A stretch of DNA of 64,000 bases from NCBI GenBank assembly GCA_947630015.1, contig CANRFY010000007.1, positions 2,526 through 66,525 of the forward strand. The letters run 5' to 3'. A program made the translations under genes and the position numbers. This document shows positions 57,957 through 64,000 of the stretch, piece after piece (position 1 is the stretch's first letter; the number at the start of each line of letters is the position of its first letter). The stretch is from an uncultured Clostridia bacterium. GTDB taxonomy: Bacteria > Bacillota > Clostridia > Oscillospirales > CAG-272. Under the pieces are notes generated by a model. It had not been told where the DNA came from and did no database searches. It was given only the letters and a program-made list of their open reading frames with translations.

Positions 57957-60647
57957 GTGGACTGCGAGCTTTTGCCGCTTTGGGGGCCGTATTCAAAAAA
58001 ATACATGGGCGTCAGCCGTCCCTTATACGATTCGCCGATAACGGGCGCGCGCTTCGACTGCGTCGTTCATCCGGCTGAGGCGAACATGAATCAGCCCGCG
58101 CCGAACGTAACGTTCCCGTCGTCGTGGCATATGTGGGACGCGGCGGCCGATCTGTCGTACTATTCGTACAGGGTCGAGATGGAGTGGCGCGACCGCCTTT
58201 ACGCCGACGTCGCGTTCTGCCGCGCGGACGATCATACGTGCCTGATACGAACCGAATATCACAACGACACCGATCTTGACCGAAACTGCGTACTCAATTA
58301 TTATCTCGCGATCGAGTATCCGCGAAAGCGGATCGTCGATATCGTATGCGGGGGCGGATATGCGGCGGAGAGCTTCGCCGACCGCGTATCGATGAAGTAC
58401 GCGCACCCGCGTCCGTGGGAGCATTTAATGCCGGACGGACTGCACAGAGGCGAATTCCTCGACGAGAATTTCTGCGGCGGGCGCGGCTTCGGCGAGCGCG
58501 CCAAAATGCCCGATTATGTGCCGCGCAGGCGGTTCGGCGAGGACGCGGGCGACACGGTGACGGTAAAATTTGACGCGGACGGAACGTTTGACGCCCTGAC
58601 GGTGCGGTACCGCACGACGTCGGAGGCGGACGGCATATTTGATATGACGATCGAATGCGGCGGCGCGCCGCAGACCTCGGCGCTCACGCTGCCCGCGTCG
58701 GCCGCTCTCACGACGGCGGCGACATTGATAACGCCCGTGTCGGGCGCGGCGACGTTGACGTTGACGTCGCGCGGTGGCGGCGGCGTCGAGCTGGACGCGG
58801 CGGTTCTGCACCGTTCCGGCGACGCCGTATCGTTTTCGGCGCGCGAGCCGGAATTTAAGCCTCTGTTGACAGAAACGGAGAACGGCGACGTCCTCGCGTA
58901 TGCGGATGTCGGCGAGCGGATCGGATTTTCGCTTTTGACCGATTCTTACCGCGTGAGGCGGCTCGAATCGGGGACGATAGAGGACGCGCTGCCGTCGAGA
59001 CTGTCGCAGGCGGACCCGTCGTTTGACCGCCTGCGTGAGACGTTCTCCAAATCGTTCGAGCGCAAAAGGAGCGACGCGGGATTTTACAGGAACTACATCG
59101 TTCATTCGATCTTCATCGGCGCGCGATCGAGACACGTCGAATATGCGCTCGTATGCGACGGCGAGCCGCGATCCCTCACACGAGATGAGGCTGAGGCGAT
59201 CTATGAGCGCGCCCGCGAGGGCGCGTGCAAAATGGGATACAACGCCGACGGGGAGCCGTATGAATTCGGCGCGCGAATGATGAATACGGCGCTGCTCACG
59301 AACGTGGTCTATCCCGTTTACAGGCACGGCGAATATGTAAAGCACCACACGCCCGGCAAGCGGTGGGACAGCTTTTATACGTGGGATTCGGGCTTCATCG
59401 GCCTCGGCCTTTTGGAAACGGACAGGCGCCTTGCGCGCTATGTGCTGGAAATGTATCTGTCCGAACCCGATAACGACGATTTCGCGTTTCTGATGCACGG
59501 CTCGCCGGTGCCGGTGCAAATATATCTCTTCCTCGAGCTTTTGCAGCGCGAAAACGACAAATCGGCGCTTGCGGCGCTTTATCCGCGCGCAAGGCGTATG
59601 TACCGATATCTTGCCGGTCTTGACGAAGGCTCCGCGACGGATATGTTTAAAAGCGGCCTTTGCAGCACGTTTACATACTTTTACAATTGCAGCGGGATGG
59701 ACGATCTGCCGCCGCAGGTGAAAATGCACGCGGAGGGGATGGAGGACAGGTGCGCGCCGGCGCTGACGACGTCGCAGATAATAAGGGCGGCGAAGATACT
59801 GCGCATGGTCTCACTCGAACTCGGCTTCAACGCGGACGCGGACGAATACGACCGCGACATAAAAAAGCGCGCGGACGCGCTTTTGCGGTATGCGTGGGAC
59901 GGGGAGAGCGGATACTTCGGCTACGTCGTCCACGACTGCGGCGGCGAGCCTGTCGGGATATACAGGACAGAGTCGGGGGAGAATCTGTCGCGCGGCATGG
60001 ACGGCGTTTATCCGCTCGTCGCGGGCATATGCACACGCGAGCAGGAGACGCGCATCCTCTCGCACATTTTCTCCGAGCGCGAGATGTGGTCGCGAGTCGG
60101 CGTGAGCGCCGTCGATATGTCCGCGAGCTATTACGTCGACGACGGCTACTGGAACGGGAATGTGTGGTTCTCGCATCAGTGGTTTTTGTGGAAGACGATG
60201 CTCGATCTCGGACGCGGCGAGCTTGCGTATAAGATCGCGAAGCGCGCCCTCGACTGCTGGTCGAGGGAGGTCGGCGCGACGTATTACACGTTCGAGATGC
60301 TGAATATTAAGACGGGGCGCGGCGGCTGGTACCATCATTTCGGCGGGCTGTCCTCGCCGATTTCGATTTGGGGCGCCGCGTACTTTCGCGCGGGGACGGT
60401 CACGTGCGGATTCGATATGTGGATATCGGAGCAGCATTATGACGCGGCGTGCGACGCGATTTTCGTGACGGCGACGAGCCACGCGCCGCGTCCGTCCACG
60501 GTGATTTTGACGCTTAAGCACGCGCGCGGCGCGCGCGTATACGTAAACGGTGAGCCGACGGAGCCGCAAATTCGCACGGACGGAGCTTTGGAGGTAACTG
60601 TTCCTGCTCACGCCCGCATGGTCAAAATCGAGGCCTCGGGCGCGTGA
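57957..60647 (+). CDS. Large glycoside-hydrolase-like protein, (alpha/alpha)6 barrel type (GH63/MGH1-like), family uncertain
   Basis: 896 aa; RWDSFYTWDSGFIGLGL and DGYWNGNVWFSHQWF segments resemble six-hairpin glycosidases; GTG start with GAGGTG RBS. Confidence 0.55.
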   Translation: MDCELLPLWGPYSKKYMGVSRPLYDSPITGARFDCVVHPAEANMNQPAPNVTFPSSWHMWDAAADLSYYSYRVEMEWRDRLYADVAFCRADDHTCLIRTEYHNDTDLDRNCVLNYYLAIEYPRKRIVDIVCGGGYAAESFADRVSMKYAHPRPWEHLMPDGLHRGEFLDENFCGGRGFGERAKMPDYVPRRRFGEDAGDTVTVKFDADGTFDALTVRYRTTSEADGIFDMTIECGGAPQTSALTLPASAALTTAATLITPVSGAATLTLTSRGGGGVELDAAVLHRSGDAVSFSAREPEFKPLLTETENGDVLAYADVGERIGFSLLTDSYRVRRLESGTIEDALPSRLSQADPSFDRLRETFSKSFERKRSDAGFYRNYIVHSIFIGARSRHVEYALVCDGEPRSLTRDEAEAIYERAREGACKMGYNADGEPYEFGARMMNTALLTNVVYPVYRHGEYVKHHTPGKRWDSFYTWDSGFIGLGLLETDRRLARYVLEMYLSEPDNDDFAFLMHGSPVPVQIYLFLELLQRENDKSALAALYPRARRMYRYLAGLDEGSATDMFKSGLCSTFTYFYNCSGMDDLPPQVKMHAEGMEDRCAPALTTSQIIRAAKILRMVSLELGFNADADEYDRDIKKRADALLRYAWDGESGYFGYVVHDCGGEPVGIYRTESGENLSRGMDGVYPLVAGICTREQETRILSHIFSEREMWSRVGVSAVDMSASYYVDDGYWNGNVWFSHQWFLWKTMLDLGRGELAYKIAKRALDCWSREVGATYYTFEMLNIKTGRGGWYHHFGGLSSPISIWGAAYFRAGTVTCGFDMWISEQHYDAACDAIFVTATSHAPRPSTVILTLKHARGARVYVNGEPTEPQIRTDGALEVTVPAHARMVKIEASGA

Positions 60648-60694
60648 TATGCGCCCGAGGCCCGCGCGGGCGGGGGTTTGATGCACACACCTGC

Positions 60695-61400
60695 GAAAGC
60701 TTTTGCAAAGTTAGAAAGGCGTTAGGGCGATTCCTTGGCGGTACGCGCCGGTCCTTATCTAAACTTTTGCAAAGGTTTTAGTTAAATTTTCTCTTTCGCG
60801 ATACTCCCCAGTCCTCATCTAACACTTTTTCAAAGTTTAAAAAGAGTTAAGGGTCTCTTTGCTGGCCGGCAAAGAGACCCTTAACAATCCCAGAAAACGG
60901 CGTGCCGGTGGCGTCGATACGGCTCCAGTCGGCGGAAAGAATTGTTTCGGGCGTAAACCGCGATCTTATTTTGGCAAACAGTTTCGTGCTTCCGCGCGGC
61001 GCGTCGAGATCGATGTTATTATGTCTTGGTTAATTGATTCCTGACAGTGTTAGATTCCGCTCGTGTCGTGCGAACAGATGGGATTCACAAAGAGATACGC
61101 GACGGTTTGTTCCGGTTGGCGCGCAGTTTCGTGCATCCGTGAGTGTTTGTGTCAGTGCGAACGCGATCTCGTCAACTGCAAACAGCTCCCACGCGGACTT
61201 ATTCGACTGCGCCGCCGAAACGTCGCGATCGATCCGACACTGGTAGCGACGGACATCGCACGCGCGTAGTGCGCGCAGGTGAGGCTGGAAAGCCTACGGC
61301 ACAGGGGATGAGGTGCATCGAGAGGGGGATGTGGCGCGGTTGCTGTAAAACTAATGTTGAGGCAAGTTGCGCGCACTCGCAAATAAGCGCGTTGCCGTTC
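60695..61400 (+). repeat. Mosaic repeat copy R8 (triplicated outer palindrome, alpha-short, beta, gamma1, J)
   Basis: Hairpin 60846-60885; beta to 61165; gamma1 to 61330. Confidence 0.9.
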
Positions 61401-61975
61401 GCGTGGCTATAAGCAATCATCCGCTGGTTGCCCTGCTCCATACACGCCCACCAAAGCAAAACTGGCGTTTCCCTTTGTGCGTTCAATTTGTTCACACTAC
61501 GCGAGGATTATTTGACCATCCATGCTACATTTCGTTTGCGACGCTGACGCCTTAATATCGACCGGTTCGCGTCGAAGTCCTATCGCTTTTGCCAACACAA
61601 CCCCGCGTTTGCCCTGACACAAACCCTCACGGATGCACGACACTGCACGCCAACCGGCACGAACCGTCTTGTATCTCTTTGTGAATTAGAGCTGTTCGCA
61701 CGACACGAGCGGAATCTGACGCTGTCAGCCTCATCCCGTTTGCGACGCTGACACATTGCTCTCGACCCGCCGCGCGGAGGCACGAAACTGTTTATCAGGA
61801 TTATATCGCGGTTTACGCCCCAAACAATTCTTTCCGCCGACTGGAGCCGAATTGACGCCACCGGCACGCCGTTTTCTCGGATTGTTAAGGGTCTCTTTGC
61901 CGGCCAGCAAAGAGACCCTTAACTCTTTTTTTAACTTTGCAAAAGTTACAGATGAGGAATGTATAGAATCGCGTA
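61400..61975 (-). repeat. Mosaic repeat copy R9 (alpha-short, beta, gamma2), convergent with R8
   Basis: Hairpin 61884-61923, palindrome 61933-61947. Confidence 0.9.
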
Positions 61976-61998
61976 AGAGAAAGTTACCCCTCAATTGC

Positions 61999-62751
61999 TC
62001 ACCTATCTTGGCGAAGCCCCGACTTCACGATCTGCGCGTACCGCCGCGGATACGCCGCCGGCGTCGCGGACGTCTTTTTCATTTCGGCGATCGAACGCGA
62101 AACCGTTTTGCCGCCGACGGGATCGCGAAGCTCGAACGCGGTGATCGCGACGCGGTCAAAGCCGAGCGCCGCAGGCAAAGCGCCGCATTCCGCGGCCTCG
62201 GATTCCGTTTGCGCGGCCGGTCCCTTCATCGCCAAAAGCGAACCGCCGACGCGGATGAATCCCGCCGCAAGCTCGCACAAAATGCGGAGCCGCGACACGG
62301 CACGCGCCGTCACAATGTCGAAGGATTCGCGATATTCGCGGAGCCGCGCAAGCTCCTCCGCCCTTCCCGATACGGCGGAGACGTTCGATAGTCCGAGCGC
62401 AAGCGCGGCGTCGTTGACGAACGATGCTTTTTTTGCCGTCGCGTCGAGCGCAAAAACGGCGATATCGGGGCGCAGGGCTGCGATCGGGATCGAGGGAAAG
62501 CCCGCGCCGCATCCGAGATCGAGAATGCGCGCGCCGGCCGGCAGATACGGGACGATCGCGAGCGAATCGATCAGATGCAGAAGCATAAAATCGCGCGTCT
62601 CCGTGATCGCGGTGAGATTGTATTTTTCGTTTTCGCGAAGGACCGCGCGCGCAAATTCGCACAGCGTATCGGCGGCGTCCCCGCCGATAGGAACGCCGTT
62701 TTCTTCGGCGAGCGCGACGAGCGCGGAACGGGAAAAATCAGATTCCTGCAT
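61999..62751 (-). CDS. rsmG: 16S rRNA (guanine527-N7)-methyltransferase RsmG (GidB)
   Basis: 250 aa; YNLTAI, HLIDSL, DLGCGAGFPSIPIA SAM motif. Confidence 0.92.
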   Translation of the reverse strand: MQESDFSRSALVALAEENGVPIGGDAADTLCEFARAVLRENEKYNLTAITETRDFMLLHLIDSLAIVPYLPAGARILDLGCGAGFPSIPIAALRPDIAVFALDATAKKASFVNDAALALGLSNVSAVSGRAEELARLREYRESFDIVTARAVSRLRILCELAAGFIRVGGSLLAMKGPAAQTESEAAECGALPAALGFDRVAITAFELRDPVGGKTVSRSIAEMKKTSATPAAYPRRYAQIVKSGLRQDR

Positions 62752-62755
62752 AGTT

Positions 62756-64000
62756 TTACGACAGATAGATCATCAAAACGGATACGTCGGCGGGTGTGAC
62801 GCCCGGGATGCGGGACGCTTCCCCGACCGAGATCGGACGGTGGGACGACAGCTTTTCGACGGCCTCGATCGACAAACCGCGGATCGCGGAGTAGTCGATG
62901 GCGTCGGGGAGGATCATATTCTCGCGCCTGCGCGCCTTTTCGACCTCGAGCATCTGCTTTTTTATATAGCCCTCGTATTTCACCGACGTCTCGACGGTGC
63001 GGACGACGGCGGGCGGCAGCTCGGGACGCTCCGCGTCGAGCGGAGAAAGCGCCGAATAATCGAGTTCGGGACGGCGCAGAAGCTCCGAAAGCCGCGCCCC
63101 CGCAGTTATGGGAGCCGATCCCTTTGAGATGAGATATTCGTTCGCGGATTCGGACGGCGAAACTCCCGTATGGTCGAGACGCGCGATCTCGTCCGCGATC
63201 TGTTTTTGCTTCAGTCTGAAATCTGCCATGCGCGGCTCGGGAATAAGACCGGCCTCATACGCGATACCCGTCAGCCGTTCGTCGGCGTTGTCCTGCCTCA
63301 TGCAGAGCCTGTATTCGGACCGCGACGTCATGATCCTGTACGGTTCGTTCGTTCCCTTTGTGACGAGATCGTCGATCATGATGCCGATATAGGAGCTGGA
63401 GCGCGGGATCAGAAGCGGCGGCCTCCCCATCGCGTACAGCGCCGCGTTCGCGCCGGCGACGACGCCTTGCGCGGCAGCTTCCTCATATCCCGACGTGCCG
63501 TTCGACTGACCCGCCGAATAAAGGCCGGCAATCCCGCGCACCGACAGCGTCGGCGTCAGCGCCGACGGCGAAATGCAGTCGTATTCGATCGCGTATGCGT
63601 GGCGCGTTATGTGCGCGCGGCCGAAGCCGTCAAGGGTGTGGAGCATCTCATACTGCACGTCGACCGGCATCGACGTCGAAAATCCGCCGATATAGAGTTC
63701 GTTTGAATTCTTCCCGATCGGCTCGACGAAAAGCTGATGGCGCTCCTTGTCGGCGAATCGGACGAGCTTATCCTCGATTGAGGGGCAATAGCGCGGGCCG
63801 CGCCCGCTTATATTGCCGGAATACATGGCGGAGCGCGTCAGATTGCGGCGGATGACGTCGTGCGTATCGGCGTTTGTGTAGACGGTGTGACACGGCGACT
63901 GCGGCACGCCGTCCATATATGATTCGGGCGTATAATATGAAAACGGGATCGGATGCTCCTCGCCGTCCTGCCTTTGCATACGCGAAAAATCGACGGTCGA
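62756..64000 (-). CDS. mnmG: tRNA uridine 5-carboxymethylaminomethyl modification enzyme MnmG (GidA), 3' part; 5' end beyond window
   Basis: Frame open to window end; GPRYCPSIEDK, QINGTSGYEEAAAQG-like (GQSNGTSGYEEAAAQG), C-terminal helical domain. Confidence 0.93.
   Translation of the reverse strand, partial: STVDFSRMQRQDGEEHPIPFSYYTPESYMDGVPQSPCHTVYTNADTHDVIRRNLTRSAMYSGNISGRGPRYCPSIEDKLVRFADKERHQLFVEPIGKNSNELYIGGFSTSMPVDVQYEMLHTLDGFGRAHITRHAYAIEYDCISPSALTPTLSVRGIAGLYSAGQSNGTSGYEEAAAQGVVAGANAALYAMGRPPLLIPRSSSYIGIMIDDLVTKGTNEPYRIMTSRSEYRLCMRQDNADERLTGIAYEAGLIPEPRMADFRLKQKQIADEIARLDHTGVSPSESANEYLISKGSAPITAGARLSELLRRPELDYSALSPLDAERPELPPAVVRTVETSVKYEGYIKKQMLEVEKARRRENMILPDAIDYSAIRGLSIEAVEKLSSHRPISVGEASRIPGVTPADVSVLMIYLS

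Noticed and set aside
53922-60647. Prophage or integrative element
   Set aside because: No integrase, recombinase, tRNA attachment site, phage structural genes or conjugation genes are seen anywhere in the window. The block is only an ordinary metabolic locus flanked by repeats.

Overview
GC-rich, Firmicutes/Clostridia-like chromosomal segment carrying the replication-origin gene set in a fragmented order. On the plus strand at the left are a Mrp/Mbh-type multisubunit cation:proton antiporter operon (B, C, three D-like, one A/L-like subunit), rnj and a Dabb protein. Almost everything after that is on the minus strand: pgsA-rimO, recA-recX, a lipoprotein, gyrA, gyrB, a remB-like gene, recF, dnaN, an oriC-like spacer (7 DnaA boxes, a DnaA-trio run, an AT-rich element) and dnaA. 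Next come a YozG-HTH/DUF2975 pair, a HAD hydrolase, a BspA-type LRR lipoprotein (+), a MORN protein, serS, parB-parA-noc-like with two parS-like sites, and tcdA-ttcA (+). A 13-kb operon follows with three Zn-ribbon Ser/Thr kinases, two PP2C phosphatases and four FHA proteins (fused to vWA, trypsin-like, PrsW and Zn-ribbon domains). The window ends with a sugar-related locus (PIG-L, Gfo/Idh/MocA, XRE, ROK, large glycosidase), rsmG and the 3' part of mnmG. I saw no rRNA, tRNA, CRISPR, transposase or integrase genes. The most unusual content is non-coding. Roughly 7 kb of the window is a mosaic, ORF-less, hairpin-rich repeat family found at seven intergenic loci in both orientations, twice as a 1.2-1.4 kb foldback unit. 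Its hairpins keep their stems while the loops vary, and one GNRA loop appears as GGAA, GGGA or GTAA, which suggests a structured RNA or a non-autonomous mobile element. A second, small palindrome family (GGGG-AAACTTTTT-N-AAAAAGTTT-CCCC plus a conserved flank) sits at gene ends and directly before start codons that lack a Shine-Dalgarno sequence. All repeat coordinates were read by eye (about +/-20 nt); no alignments or database searches could be run.
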